A DNA stretch of 64,000 nucleotides from a virus (IMGVR_UViG_3300025872_000002:1689-65688); one strand, 5' to 3'; counted from the first letter of the stretch, positions 46,401 to 55,695 are shown. Made by a program: numbers and translations. The notes: a model not told the origin generated them from the sequence alone.

Positions 46401-48754
46401 GGCTCTTCAGCAACATGCAGGAGTACACCAACTCGGCGCTGATCAACGGTGTGCCGGAATTGAAGAAAGATGCTGCGGGGATCCGCAACATCGAGGGCGG
46501 GGACGAGAAGGTCAATGCACGTGCCATCGCCAAGGCGCTCGGCAAAGCTTCCGCTCTGGGCGACCAGCAAGCCGTTGAACGCACGTTCACGTTGTGGATG
46601 GCGTCACTTCGCGCCAAGCAGGATGGAGTAGGTTTAGACAAACTGAATTTCAAGACTCCGCCTACCGCGCAGGAACTGGCGGATCTTGAGCAGATGTTGA
46701 AAGCCAACCCCACCGTTAAAGATGCGTTTGAGGAAGCCCGCGAGATTTACCGACACTACAACCGGCGACTGCTTGATCTCCAAGTGCAGACCGGCACACT
46801 CAGCAAGGCCACTGCAGATGAGCTTGCTAAGGGTGACTACGTTGGCTTCTACCGAGTAAACAACAACGGGGTGGTCGAGTTGATGCTGGGCGGATCACGC
46901 CCCGTACGTGTAGGCAACATTATTGATCAGCCGTACCTTAAAGAGTTGGTCGGCGGTGAGCAGCAAATCCTGCCGTTTTTTGCCAGCATGGCGCAGAACA
47001 CGTCATTGCTCATGAGCATGGCGCTCAAGAACATGCAGCACACCAACACCGCCTACATGTTCCAAGACATGGAGCTGGGCAAGATTCACGGCGTGAAGGA
47101 AGGCAAACAACCGCCGGAAGGCAAGCTGCGCTTCAAACAAGACGGGAAAGATTATTGGTTTGCTGCAGACACCGATGCGTTTAAGGTGGCTGGGGTTCCT
47201 GAAGACTTGATGCTCCAAGGTCTGCAGGGCGTGAAGACTGCGATCCCTGCACTCGTCAAAGCGCTGGCTTTCCCCGCCAACGTCTTGCGCAAAGCTGTCC
47301 GTCGTGTCCCGATCTACACGCTGCGGCAAACCATCCGTGACCCGATGCATGCTTGGCTGACTACAGGCGGCAACTTCGTGCCTGTGGTCAGTACGTGGAA
47401 AGAGCTGTACCGGGGCATGACCAACCCGAGCCAGACTCAGATCACGCTCAAGCAGGCGGCAGTCATCGGCAACAACGTCTACAGCGGTGATTCCGAAGGT
47501 GTTGTTGAAATGCTGCGGGAGCTTACGTCTACACCCAGTAAGTTCTCCCAGATCATAACGAAGTTCGATGAGCTGGCTATGCAAGGGGAAGCGGCGACTC
47601 GCGCCGTGCTGTATGACGACTTCCGTAAGCGCGGCATGAGCCATGTCGAAGCGCTCCTCAACACTGCCGAGACGATGAACTTCTCCCGGCGGGGCACCAG
47701 CGCTAGCTTGCACTGGCTGGCACAGTTGACGCCGTTCTTCAACGCACAGATCCAAGGTCTTGATGCCGCCTACCGGGCACTTCGCGGCCAGACCACGTTT
47801 GAAGAAAAGCTGAACGCTCGTAACGCGTTGCTCAAGCGCGGTGCCATGATGGCGGTAAGTACGATGGTGTACGCGCTGATGATGGAAGACGACGAGACGT
47901 ACAAGAACGCCACGCCTGAAGAGCGCTACGGCAATTGGTTTGTCCGGGTGCCGGGTACCGAGCATACGGTTCGAGTGCCGATCCCGTTTGAATTGGGCCT
48001 GATCTTCAAGTCCATCCCAGAGGCGCTTGTCAATACGGCATTCGGCGATAAGAAGGCCAGCGAAGCGGCCAAGGCGTTGGCGAAACAGATTTACATGTCT
48101 TCGCCGTTTGGTATCCCGACGGCGCTCAAGGGACCGCTCGAGGTCATGTTCAACTACAACATGTACAGCGATCAGCCTATCGAGACGGCACACGAGCGCA
48201 GCATGGACGTAGATCAACGCTACCGTACGGGCACGACGGAGCTGGCGAAGTTGCTCGGAAAGTTTGGCGTTCTGTCTCCGGTTCAGATCGATCACTTGGT
48301 GCGTAGCTACACCGGCAGCTTGGGGATCATGGTGGCGTCGATGGCAAACATGGCGCTGCGGCCTCTGTCTGGACGGACGGATGTCGAGAAGCCTGATATG
48401 TCACTGAATGAAGTGCCGGTCATTGGTGCTGCCTTCCAGCCCACCACCGGGCGGGGGATGGTCAACGCTGTGTTTGACGAAGTCGCCAAGTATCAGCAGG
48501 CGGCGATGACGTACAAAAACTTGGCTAAGTCAGACCCTGAAGCGGCTCGTGAGTACGCCAATAAGTTCTCCCGTGAGATTGCGCTAGCGTCTACCGGCGG
48601 GTCGTTCCGCCAGCAGATGGGGGAGTTCGCGCAGTACAAGCGAATGATTGCTGCCAACCCCAACCTGACCGGCGCAGAGAAGCGTGAGCAGATTGAGAAG
48701 ATCAAGCAGCAGGAGATTGAGTACTCGAAGCGGGTGCGACTGCTAGCGGCTTGA
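40415..48754 (+). CDS. Giant polyvalent/ejection protein with zincin-like HExxH domain and C-terminal LPD38-like domain
   Basis: 2779 aa; LLHEAGHAA...EFVSE; C-terminal NFSRRG, PFFNAQIQG, RVPIPFELG, SPVQIDHLVRSYTG. Confidence 0.8.
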   Translation: MPQYLNLPSGNSILVEDGVEPQQAWLDALRNYPEEFGYKKGSKAEGGFGAAFSSGLSRLAGETGLTAGKLGLIGLPAAEEYYRRQQQKAEGIFKPTEKGWTEDPLQKLKEVAGGSAAYMLAPAVAAGAAAFAPVTVPVIGAAGLAAGLAGLGQYTGSNLAAQMEENKKGLAETSGAAAFGTAIPQAALDVLSFRMMPGIQRLFGATGKELTEAQAKALAEQTLKKKIGDYAKATGVSMGVEGATEVAQDFLEKAQAGAELTDPKAREDYLESLIGGAALAGVLGPFGRGFERAGIAARGRELEQKRVEGERALQQSLTGLAGMERTRAAGAEARQQFGTLFPEIGPAESMYGTQESIQKRLAQIEQEAERARQLKDVSTLSDLQRERTALESRVKEEPSAMEQRQALEQQIAYYQNIEAQLIARAKAAPTAAEKRLILEKLVQVQEQRRQLTNTLLAQEQTGAVPKPTTQEALLNQEKRTIAALQKAEEAGDAAAQLKLTDKLAGLQEQLGLFGQEAYTAQQQFEQKQAEDAAAAEAAARAAQPTLLLTDQRGATPIEMGYNLDTVITPPRVPQAYLQGNLFGSEERVQAPGGTETTLPRLQQAVSSLSERPDLSEADRSLLDRVSDLVLPKRGERTVEGLRSMLGALQTLRRSISQDILNRATGYDDLGLTDAEKLARIRQDASQDAFKSTRLEPPSIYSKNDADKPKQLQQAGILRLNRRLLAIEKKEAEIEAQATKLQTARTPIERFTTPIETRDAEGNVKTRATPAQLVADWVEALSSGADTTQPRAALETVLGQIQRAGAGEKEALTKLKRRIATPEERAALGKKSVVERVPTAITTTAQQPDLFAGTEAATATEFETPRQMQAFMASDELQKERQKQGKQALAEAQEAGPPKPADVVRSQKLLKPTVAFLNKQADKVRGFLKGLTKRLNDYNALLSAKTEQDEDALAKAKRQQAEILLAIEKTLLKQHQEYARALIEMQSAQETMAGLQDFVDNYVRALDTAVQMSGEWAGVAENERARFQKELEARQDTLRRALGRLGVLRGEITNKFGDILSMEAPALEAGTAFDPELVAAYTQAKADAKKAADDFYGFVKARRKVEPPAHWKVSERDLRQFLMQQAELTDMLFEQGLVVKKWTYTAEELHDKLTAAQEDAKADPVWSAFLKEAQEAIDDATSTPTLRSPDKLMAAIRAANVQIRNIRDQRAESLPARILELEDKRKKLLEYTDQEKLDATQVTVADTQKAIARINAAKREQLKPIDKQLAELRRELAQTKGDQKPVSISELRAKAQAKTQADIKAENERLAREAEAKTRVSFEKRSKKEREEIAALQQRLDQLVADKQTAIDKKREQTTHFRFTKDEKEAIAAGTKTREQVIEAKREEGVKALTAQFDAAIQKLQVEIRAIRGVAKPSEKRAAQLQSTLDLQRRIGEEGPLETAEEVATIAKTQRESRSGQTLVDVRTGRVTEGRMPSAAKALTEAQERREAIEANEISYRNSLLRYVKTQFDSDLSALETDELEYEILRMQAEAEDRAGLRRPATAAEQAKLAKTVAEGVSDPLDRILSHDYAARENTPLDDTTAVAVGKGDLKGALESLAKNGSTPFVRMVAKQLLPMVENTKLETASLEGKGGEYSPNTDTVTLNKDALTEEDLLHEAGHAATYAVASYEAGSGMTRRQFLKGAVTGLTALKLPNITENMSLAAQEKMFFNMLDAWRDWVKAANKLAPALDLDAYTSLDVADGDLRGFLERMEYNEVSDDAVTEMLENGGLKKLQSAINASQRAVMSEAAKQGEAKGTTEKEAPFVPTKEQLAARDALEKLYAKMQGRTEFKDEYGNVSFKEFVSELLSNQQVRDKINQTAGLLRRIYEGFLRMLGIEPKTLSDKALEQAFAMFSPSTTSVGKDERLASIMRGVFPGTQSNFSASVPKSIADMVNRTIARNATLGDKVMANLTGLRLRTFIADQWAPVEALMKQGVAKGKVKEAQALQMQVYMRLFSNMQEYTNSALINGVPELKKDAAGIRNIEGGDEKVNARAIAKALGKASALGDQQAVERTFTLWMASLRAKQDGVGLDKLNFKTPPTAQELADLEQMLKANPTVKDAFEEAREIYRHYNRRLLDLQVQTGTLSKATADELAKGDYVGFYRVNNNGVVELMLGGSRPVRVGNIIDQPYLKELVGGEQQILPFFASMAQNTSLLMSMALKNMQHTNTAYMFQDMELGKIHGVKEGKQPPEGKLRFKQDGKDYWFAADTDAFKVAGVPEDLMLQGLQGVKTAIPALVKALAFPANVLRKAVRRVPIYTLRQTIRDPMHAWLTTGGNFVPVVSTWKELYRGMTNPSQTQITLKQAAVIGNNVYSGDSEGVVEMLRELTSTPSKFSQIITKFDELAMQGEAATRAVLYDDFRKRGMSHVEALLNTAETMNFSRRGTSASLHWLAQLTPFFNAQIQGLDAAYRALRGQTTFEEKLNARNALLKRGAMMAVSTMVYALMMEDDETYKNATPEERYGNWFVRVPGTEHTVRVPIPFELGLIFKSIPEALVNTAFGDKKASEAAKALAKQIYMSSPFGIPTALKGPLEVMFNYNMYSDQPIETAHERSMDVDQRYRTGTTELAKLLGKFGVLSPVQIDHLVRSYTGSLGIMVASMANMALRPLSGRTDVEKPDMSLNEVPVIGAAFQPTTGRGMVNAVFDEVAKYQQAAMTYKNLAKSDPEAAREYANKFSREIALASTGGSFRQQMGEFAQYKRMIAANPNLTGAEKREQIEKIKQQEIEYSKRVRLLAA

Positions 48755-48926
48755 TGTAGAACCAGACGCCAAGCTTGCCACCCCGGATCCCGGGTGTGGC
48801 AGTGGCGTTGACTCGGTAAGGAATCGCAGCCCGCAGTCCGAGTTCTCGAATGCGGTCTACGTCAAGACAAGGCACGAAGAAGCCTTGTCCGGGTTCAGTC
48901 TTGTTCCACGGAAACGTAACCTTCAC
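48702..48926 (-). CDS. Small conserved phage protein
   Basis: FPWNKTEPGQGFFVPC...GVWF; overlaps the primase end; resembles 52410..52676. Confidence 0.65.
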   Translation of the reverse strand: MKVTFPWNKTEPGQGFFVPCLDVDRIRELGLRAAIPYRVNATATPGIRGGKLGVWFYIKPLAVAPASSTQSPAA

Positions 48927-51900
48927 TGTTCACCTTTTCTTTCCGTAGGCGCAGGTGCATGCAGGTCACGCGTAGTGCAGGACCATCGGTTCTTGCCAGC
49001 ATGTCTTTCTTAATGCCGAAGCGTACTTCGTATCCTCCTGATTTCTGTGCCGCTTCCATCTTGTTCTTGAAGTCTGCATAACCAAACGACATGGACGCGC
49101 AGTGCTTGCGCAGCAGTTGTTCTTCGATGAAGTACTCGATGTAGTCCGGATGCGTTGAGCCGTGTTCGATGCGCCCCAGCACCGTATTGCGGGTGCTGGT
49201 CTTGCCCTCAGCACTCATGTTCCACTCGGTCACAAACTTGTCGTCCTCCCCACGGCGGATCACCACAAACTTCCCGTAGAACTCCCGGGTATAGGTGTTC
49301 AGCACATCCTCGGCAGACCGCCGCGCTCTGGCATGCGTCGAGCGAGCGTGATCCACCAACTTCAGCAGTGCGTCAATCACGCCATGTACAGGCACGGCCA
49401 AGATGTTGGCGTAGTTAGGGCCAAGGATGATTGCAGCTGTGACGTCTGACGTACAACCTGCGTGCCAGTACCGCTCCTCATCGCTGAACTTCATCACCTT
49501 GCGCAGCATCTCGTGTGTCTCAGTCCAGACCTTGCGCACCGTAGACTGATTGGTAACGACCCAGCGAACCCACGCTTCACCTGCCACCCCGTAGTTCCGC
49601 CTAAGAAGCTTCAGCGTGTTGCGCTCTAAGTCATTGAAGACCAGCTCTTCCGATGGGTTCCACTCCAGCAGGCGCATCATCTCGCCGTGAGCGGCATGCT
49701 CTCGAGTACTCAGCAGTACATCGCTCATGTGCACGTTAGCCGTGGTGGTTGCCGTCAGCGACCATGTCGTGTTGTTGATGCGCTCCTTATTGGCACCTGA
49801 TTCCATCCGTTCCTTGCCTTTGCCCTCCGCCGTGTCGAAGATAAAAGCTGACGCCCACTCTGTGTCGTTGCGGGCTTTGGTGGTGATCTCGTCGATCAAG
49901 AGCGGCAGACTGTTGAGCAGACCGGCTCTCTGTTGCAGGGCGACGAGCGACGTGCCCTTCCCAGTCCTGTACCGTAGCGGGTGCCCCCACACGCCAGCCT
50001 TCAAGCTGAGCGTCAGCGACTTACCCGTGCCCGACTCGGTTGAGCCGACGTGCCAGACAAAGCCTTCGTATTCTGAGAAGTGCATCAACGTCGAGCCAAA
50101 CGAGTCAACGCACAACGCCAGCATGGTGTGCATCTTCCGGGCTACCAGCAATTCCCACGGACGACGCCACTCTTCCAGCGAGCCTTTGCTGTTGGTCGCA
50201 GCGTTGATGTTCTCCAGCCCCGGCATCGGCACAGCAATCTCAGCACCATCGGGCCGGAAGATCCGATTGTTGTAGACAAACGAGCCGTTCTTTTGCCAAC
50301 CAAACTGCGTTGGTACGTCCACCGCTTTGCGCATCTGCGCTGACTCAGCCACACACGCCCTGACGTAGCCATAAAGATACGGGTCCATCGCAGCCCCCCG
50401 CTCAGCGTAGATGTTGTGCGTAGCAAGGCACTTGAGCAGCTCGTCTTTGGAGACCACCGCCTTGCTTGGCATGATGATGGGCGTGTACTCCACGCTCTGC
50501 TGCGAGGGGACATCTGCTGGGCCGATAGTCTTGACCGCCATCAAGTGGGCGTAGTGTTCTTTCTCCTCCATGCGCAGCATGTCTACGACAAACAGATCGT
50601 AGGACAACACCGGCACCTGCGTCTTAATCACGACGCCTGTCGCATCCTTCTCCTTGATCTCGGCAAACACACCGCCGTTCTTACCGTAGATGAATCCTCG
50701 AGGAGCGCTTGGCCGTTTTGCTAGCCGAATGCGGCGGTTGTGTGCGATACCTTCTTCATCTGCATCGCTGGTGATGCCGTCCTCAAGATACTCAACAGCA
50801 TCGTCAGGCTCGACTTCCTGCTGCGTTGCGTGCAGGGGGATCTCGTATACCTTCTCATCAGTGCTCTCAACAATCTCACGCCCAAGCGCCAGAGCGTTGG
50901 TGATCTTCCCCCAGTGTGGGCACTTGGGGCACACGCCCGGGTTCTCGCTGTCTAGCTTGATACAGGGATACGGCCCCTTGATCTCGGCCAGCTTCTGTTG
51001 CATGCGGTCTGGATCGTAAGGGTGCAACTGTGAAAGCTTCGCGCTGTACTCAGGGCCGTCTTCGCACACCTTTGTCCAAGACAGCAGTGCTCGCCAAAGC
51101 GGCTCCATCCCATCGTCTTGTGCGTGATCGATGTAGTGCTGCAACTGCCCGCACCCAGCCTGCTGCTCTGTCTTGAGCCAGATCGTCTCGAACCGTGTGA
51201 CGCTGTTGCCCATCATCGCCTCAGCCAGCGCGGAGCGTTTTGTGCTGGCTTTGCTAGGACGGGTACCTTGAAGGTCGACCTTCTCTGCAACGAACGCATT
51301 ACTGGCAGGCGCATACGCATCCGTCAGCAGCGCCCTGACTGCGGCACCGAAATGCAGAAGATCAATCGGCCCGCTGCCTTGGATCATCATCTTGACCGGG
51401 CGCGGCTCTGGATACTTGTCTTTGAAGTTGAACGTCCCGGGGATACGCAGTACGCGTGCCGCATCAGCGGTCACCGCCATATCGATCTGCATGCCCTCCT
51501 GTCTGCACAGGCGCTTCAAGTTCTCAGCTATCGGCTTCCAAGTCTCGATGTCTGCTTCTTTGTCCAGCGGCCAGTAGCAATGCAGCCCGCCACCGGATGA
51601 CAGGACGTGGGGCGTCGCGAACTGATTCAGCCCAGTCTTATCCAGAAACGCCGACAACGCCTCGGCTGCAGCCCTCTTGGACTCATAGCCATCCAAGTCC
51701 AGAAAGATCGACTTGACGTACCGAGCGTTCACCGCCGTACGCCGGTCTCTCGTCATGTGCTGCACCTTCTCGTCGAAGGTCGCCAGTGCGAAGAAGATGT
51801 TGTACTTCTTACCTAGCCATTGTTTAACGTGGGGTTTGATCTCCTCAAGGGTGGCAATGAATTGATGATTTTTCTTACGAGTGCTCAGTTCTGCAACGCA

Positions 51901-51957
51901 GTACAGCCCATGCCCGGGCGACGGCAGAACGTCCGCAAGGAACTCCAGCGGTTTCAT
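48895..51957 (-). CDS. Primase-helicase (AEP/RepB-like primase plus DUF927-type ATPase)
   Basis: FLDLD, SSGGGLHCYW, DAARVLRIPGT, Cys cluster CPKCPH, Walker A ESGTGKS, Walker B LLIDE. Confidence 0.88.
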   Translation of the reverse strand: MKPLEFLADVLPSPGHGLYCVAELSTRKKNHQFIATLEEIKPHVKQWLGKKYNIFFALATFDEKVQHMTRDRRTAVNARYVKSIFLDLDGYESKRAAAEALSAFLDKTGLNQFATPHVLSSGGGLHCYWPLDKEADIETWKPIAENLKRLCRQEGMQIDMAVTADAARVLRIPGTFNFKDKYPEPRPVKMMIQGSGPIDLLHFGAAVRALLTDAYAPASNAFVAEKVDLQGTRPSKASTKRSALAEAMMGNSVTRFETIWLKTEQQAGCGQLQHYIDHAQDDGMEPLWRALLSWTKVCEDGPEYSAKLSQLHPYDPDRMQQKLAEIKGPYPCIKLDSENPGVCPKCPHWGKITNALALGREIVESTDEKVYEIPLHATQQEVEPDDAVEYLEDGITSDADEEGIAHNRRIRLAKRPSAPRGFIYGKNGGVFAEIKEKDATGVVIKTQVPVLSYDLFVVDMLRMEEKEHYAHLMAVKTIGPADVPSQQSVEYTPIIMPSKAVVSKDELLKCLATHNIYAERGAAMDPYLYGYVRACVAESAQMRKAVDVPTQFGWQKNGSFVYNNRIFRPDGAEIAVPMPGLENINAATNSKGSLEEWRRPWELLVARKMHTMLALCVDSFGSTLMHFSEYEGFVWHVGSTESGTGKSLTLSLKAGVWGHPLRYRTGKGTSLVALQQRAGLLNSLPLLIDEITTKARNDTEWASAFIFDTAEGKGKERMESGANKERINNTTWSLTATTTANVHMSDVLLSTREHAAHGEMMRLLEWNPSEELVFNDLERNTLKLLRRNYGVAGEAWVRWVVTNQSTVRKVWTETHEMLRKVMKFSDEERYWHAGCTSDVTAAIILGPNYANILAVPVHGVIDALLKLVDHARSTHARARRSAEDVLNTYTREFYGKFVVIRRGEDDKFVTEWNMSAEGKTSTRNTVLGRIEHGSTHPDYIEYFIEEQLLRKHCASMSFGYADFKNKMEAAQKSGGYEVRFGIKKDMLARTDGPALRVTCMHLRLRKEKVNSEGYVSVEQD

Positions 51958-51966
51958 GCCTATCCT

Positions 51967-52116
51967 TTAGCATGCAGCGTCGTTAAACTTTTCCAGTCGT
52001 TTGCTCAGCTCAATGATCCACGCCTGCGCCCACTCAGGCACCGTCGACATGTCCAACAGCCACGCGTACTTGACTAACTCTTCGTTGGTCAGGCTCTTAG
52101 GTTGAATTCCTTGCAT
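51967..52116 (-). CDS. Small protein (49 aa), not in ORF track
   Basis: MQGIQPKSLTNEELVKYAWL...; fills the gap between the HTH and primase genes. Confidence 0.6.
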   Translation of the reverse strand: MQGIQPKSLTNEELVKYAWLLDMSTVPEWAQAWIIELSKRLEKFNDAAC

Positions 52117-52370
52117 ATTCTTTTCCAAGCCTCGTCGGTTGTTTTAGAGTTCTGCATGCAATCGAGCAAGCGCTGTATGCGAGCTTCGTATACGTGCAGC
52201 ACCCCGCCACCTTTCATCCAGTTATAGACAGACTGGCGTGTAGCACCAATCGCCATAGCCAGCTTTGTGGCGGAGATGTCGTGATAGATAGCCCACAAAG
52301 CTAGGCGTGTGCCGATCAGATTGACCGGTTGCGTCTTTATGCGGGCAATGAAGTTTGATGTGTATGGCAT
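52089..52370 (-). CDS. Cro/XRE-like helix-turn-helix protein
   Basis: SATKLAMAIGATRQSVYNWMKG. Confidence 0.8.
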   Translation of the reverse strand: MPYTSNFIARIKTQPVNLIGTRLALWAIYHDISATKLAMAIGATRQSVYNWMKGGGVLHVYEARIQRLLDCMQNSKTTDEAWKRICKEFNLRA

Positions 52371-52409
52371 TGTGTTGGGGTACTCACGTTGCCGCTTTCC
52401 CCCCACCCT

Positions 52410-52676
52410 TTATTGAGTGCGCCAAATACCTACGCCAGCCTCCACAGGGCGCAGGGCGAACTTAAACCCGAAGTGCTTCTGGGCAACGCTGGCTACTGCA
52501 CGCAGCCTAGTCATCTCGCGCTTCATGTTTGAAGTCGGCACCTTCACAACAAACGAATCACCAACCTCCATTTTGCCGAAGGGATACTTCGTCTCGATCA
52601 TCGACTTGCGTCCGCTACGACGCGGGGGCAACGGGACATCTTTACGGATAACGTACATGGCTAGCTCCTTATTCAC
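52410..52676 (-). CDS. Small putative DNA-binding phage protein
   Basis: KDVPLP, KYPFGKMEVGDSF, GVGIWR. Confidence 0.7.
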   Translation of the reverse strand: MNKELAMYVIRKDVPLPPRRSGRKSMIETKYPFGKMEVGDSFVVKVPTSNMKREMTRLRAVASVAQKHFGFKFALRPVEAGVGIWRTQ

Positions 52677-53638
52677 TCGTCATCCCACTCGCTGACCATG
52701 TCGGCCAGCGGGGACTTGGCTTCAACCGTAGGCTTCTTCGCTGCGGCAGTACGCACTTCCGGCTCGTCAACTTCCTCCACCACCGGCTCGGGGGCGGGCT
52801 TAGCAGCTTTCTTGGCCTTGGGCGCGGGGGGCGGCGCTGGCTCCTCTTCTTCTGCCGCAACTTCCACCGGCTTAGGCAGCGTCTTGGCAGGCGGCTTGCC
52901 CTCGAGCATGGCCGGAGCCACCGCGTCCATCTTGGCGACTGTCATCGTGACCGCCTTAACGGCTTCATCAGACGCGCCTTTCTCTTCCACCGTGGTGTAC
53001 TCGTCGTCGGACAGCCAGCGCATTGCTTTGAAGAACAGCTTAGGCGACTCAGACTTGGTGTCGAACTTCATACGCGTCACGACCGTCTCAGGACTGATGT
53101 CCTGCGCGGCCAGCCAGCGTGCGTACTCTTGCAAGGGGCGGTTGTCGCCCTCGGCTTTACCAAAAAGTGACGTGGCAGGAAGCGTGAGCTGCATCACATC
53201 GCCTTCTACGCTATCGGCGAGCACTACCGCCAGACGCTGTTGGTAGCGGCAAGCACGGCTGTTACCTTGTCCAGAACCTGCGATGTTCTTGGGGCACTCG
53301 GAGCAGCGGCTTGCCTGCTTGTTGGCACTGTCCGGGCTGGGCTTCTCACCATCCGCCGACCAGCAATCCGGTCCGGTAACAGTGTCGGCATCATAGGACT
53401 TCGCGTAGAACACGCGATTGATTTTGGGCGCGGCCTTGACGATCACGATATCGAGATGCCGCTCCTCGATGGACGCGATTTCTTTGCCGTTGTTGAGCAG
53501 CCGGAACACGCCACCTTTGATCGAGATGCGCTTGCCGCCACCGGCACCACCGCCAGCGAGAGCCTTAGCTGTTTCGGACAGCCCCTTACGAGCAAACGCG
53601 GGGGCTTGGTTGGGGTTGAATAGAGCGATATTGCTCAT
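52673..53638 (-). CDS. Putative ssDNA-binding protein
   Basis: RISIKGGVFR, Cys motifs, Pro/Ala/Lys linker, acidic-aromatic tail (EWDDE); in the replication module. Confidence 0.55.
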   Translation of the reverse strand: MSNIALFNPNQAPAFARKGLSETAKALAGGGAGGGKRISIKGGVFRLLNNGKEIASIEERHLDIVIVKAAPKINRVFYAKSYDADTVTGPDCWSADGEKPSPDSANKQASRCSECPKNIAGSGQGNSRACRYQQRLAVVLADSVEGDVMQLTLPATSLFGKAEGDNRPLQEYARWLAAQDISPETVVTRMKFDTKSESPKLFFKAMRWLSDDEYTTVEEKGASDEAVKAVTMTVAKMDAVAPAMLEGKPPAKTLPKPVEVAAEEEEPAPPPAPKAKKAAKPAPEPVVEEVDEPEVRTAAAKKPTVEAKSPLADMVSEWDDE

Positions 53639-53647
53639 GAGTTCCTC

Positions 53648-54055
53648 TTACTTGTGGGAGGGTTTACGAACGGAAATGCTGAACTCGGTATTGCTGTTCA
53701 GGCCGGGGGGAAACAGCGACGGATTCTCTTTCAAGAACGTCGCCATATTGGTTTGAGCGATGCGCTTCTCGAGAAGGTCGACAGCGTCATGCTCGATGAT
53801 GAACTGCTTGAACGAGTCCCAGTCCTGCGTCTGGTACCGGGTCTTCGTTGAAAGGATCACGGTGCCCTCTTCGGTGTTGACTGACTTCACACCGAGCGTG
53901 AGCATCTTGTCCTTGAGCGCGTTCTTGATCGTGTCTTGCTGAGCCTTGAGCGCCTCGACTTCCGTCTCGTACGCTGCGGTCAGCTCTTGAATTCGAGTCT
54001 GCATCTTGCGGTAGACCCGGGCCAGCTTGTCCATAGGGACGTCAACATCAGACAT
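53648..54055 (-). CDS. Conserved replication-module protein
   Basis: Coiled coil plus DWDSF..FI, LLEKRI, PPGL. Confidence 0.75.
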   Translation of the reverse strand: MSDVDVPMDKLARVYRKMQTRIQELTAAYETEVEALKAQQDTIKNALKDKMLTLGVKSVNTEEGTVILSTKTRYQTQDWDSFKQFIIEHDAVDLLEKRIAQTNMATFLKENPSLFPPGLNSNTEFSISVRKPSHK

Positions 54056-54093
54056 GTTCTTCTCCTGTCGAAGTGTCTGTAAATGTTTTTACG

Positions 54094-54121
54094 ATGATAC
54101 AGGTTTTTCTAGCCGGTGCAA
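54094..54121 (-). promoter_or_regulatory. Putative sigma70 promoter
   Basis: TTGCAC-16 nt-TATCAT in the intergenic gap; imperfect palindrome GTAAA-N4-TTTAC just downstream. Confidence 0.45.
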
Positions 54122-54129
54122 GCGGCATT

Positions 54130-55695
54130 TTATTTTTTGCTTTTGATCTCCTGATCGAACATCTCGACCAACAAGGTGTGGTCGCCAACCTTGCGCCCCA
54201 TTGCGCTGAACATACGCACCTCGAGCGGGCTGCTCTGGATGTGCACGACGGTTACCTTATCGCTGTCCTGTCCCTTGCGGTCAGCACGGGCGATGCACTG
54301 CAAATACATCTCAACAGACATCAATGGACCATAGAAGACCACCGTGTCGGCGGCAGTCAGTGTGATCCCGTGCGCAGTTGCCTGCGGTTGCATGACCAGC
54401 ACACGCTCTTGGTCTGTCGTCTGGAAGTCGTTGATGATACGCGCACGCTTGGTCGCACTCACCCCGCCATGAATCTGTGCGTTCTTGATGCCGTGCTTGT
54501 CCAGATAGCGCGTGATCGTGTCGATGCTGGAACGAAATAGCGCGAACACAATGACCTTTCGGTCAGTCTCGTCGATGACTTCCTTCAAGACACCCAACCG
54601 CGCTGAGCAATCGAACTCGACAACCTCTTTCTCATCTGTGTACGCAGCGCCGCAAGAAATCTGCAGCAGCTTGTTAACAGCTACGCCAGCGTTCACCGCT
54701 GTGATGGTCTCGCCTGCTGCTTGGATCAGCATCTGGGACTTCAGCAGCGTGTAGTACTTCTGCTGTTGGGGAGAGAGTGGCACATCTCGCGTCACCGTCA
54801 CGACCGGCGGCAGATCAAGACACTGCGCTTTGGTGAACCGGATCGCAGGCTGCAACGCTTCGTGTACGAGATCCTTGGCGTTGAACTTCGGTGCCCACTT
54901 GAACTGCGTGATCTTGTTCATCACCTTGTCGCGCCATGCCGACATGAACTTCGGCACCCCGTTGGGATTGACAAGCTTTGCCAAGCCGTACGCATCCACA
55001 GGCGACTGTGATGCAGGTGTGCCCGTCATCATCCACAGATACGTCTCAGGTTTGAGAATGCTTGCCAATGCCTTCCAGCGTTGCGTGCTCGGGTTCTTGT
55101 AAGCGTTCGCCTCGTCAACAATGATCAGATCAAACCGCCCATCAGCCTTGATCTCGTTTGCGATCAGGTTCAGCCCTTCATAGTTGATGATGACGAACTC
55201 GTAGTCACTCTGGACAAGCTCGACACGCCGCAGAGCTTTGGAGTGGTGGGCGATCACCGCGCTTCTATGCAGGATGGATTGGTGGATGTCATTCATCCAC
55301 GCGCTTTGCATGATCGAGAGCGGGCACAGCACCAGCACACGGCGCACTTGCCTTGACTGCATTAGATAGTCCGCCGCCCACAGTGCCGAGAGCGTCTTGC
55401 CGGTGCCCGGCTCATTGAACACAAACGCACGGCGATGTAGCGTTAAGAAAGCTGCGGTATCAATTTGGTGCGCCATTGGCGTATAGCGCCCGGGCCAGTC
55501 ATACTTCTTGCGAATTGGGGATGGCGCATGCTTGACGCCCAGATTCTTGAGCACCCGCATCTCATCCAGCCCCCAGTACACGGCGACGGTGTAGCCGTTT
55601 GGGCCTTGCTCAACGATCTTGCTCTTGGGGATGACCGTGTACTTCGCAGGATTGCGAGTACGGATCAGTACTGCGCGGTTGTCCACTATCTCCAT
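54130..55695 (-). CDS. SNF2-family (SF2) helicase
   Basis: EPGTGKT, IIVDEAN, MTGTP, HGITLTAA, QCIARADRKGQ. Confidence 0.92.
   Translation of the reverse strand: MEIVDNRAVLIRTRNPAKYTVIPKSKIVEQGPNGYTVAVYWGLDEMRVLKNLGVKHAPSPIRKKYDWPGRYTPMAHQIDTAAFLTLHRRAFVFNEPGTGKTLSALWAADYLMQSRQVRRVLVLCPLSIMQSAWMNDIHQSILHRSAVIAHHSKALRRVELVQSDYEFVIINYEGLNLIANEIKADGRFDLIIVDEANAYKNPSTQRWKALASILKPETYLWMMTGTPASQSPVDAYGLAKLVNPNGVPKFMSAWRDKVMNKITQFKWAPKFNAKDLVHEALQPAIRFTKAQCLDLPPVVTVTRDVPLSPQQQKYYTLLKSQMLIQAAGETITAVNAGVAVNKLLQISCGAAYTDEKEVVEFDCSARLGVLKEVIDETDRKVIVFALFRSSIDTITRYLDKHGIKNAQIHGGVSATKRARIINDFQTTDQERVLVMQPQATAHGITLTAADTVVFYGPLMSVEMYLQCIARADRKGQDSDKVTVVHIQSSPLEVRMFSAMGRKVGDHTLLVEMFDQEIKSKK

Noticed and set aside
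47003-48295. 430-aa minus-strand ORF and similar long antisense ORFs (e.g. 9749..10549, 15179..15934, 39314..40138)
   Set aside because: Shadow frames opposite well-supported genes in GC-rich, codon-biased DNA; no recognisable motifs.
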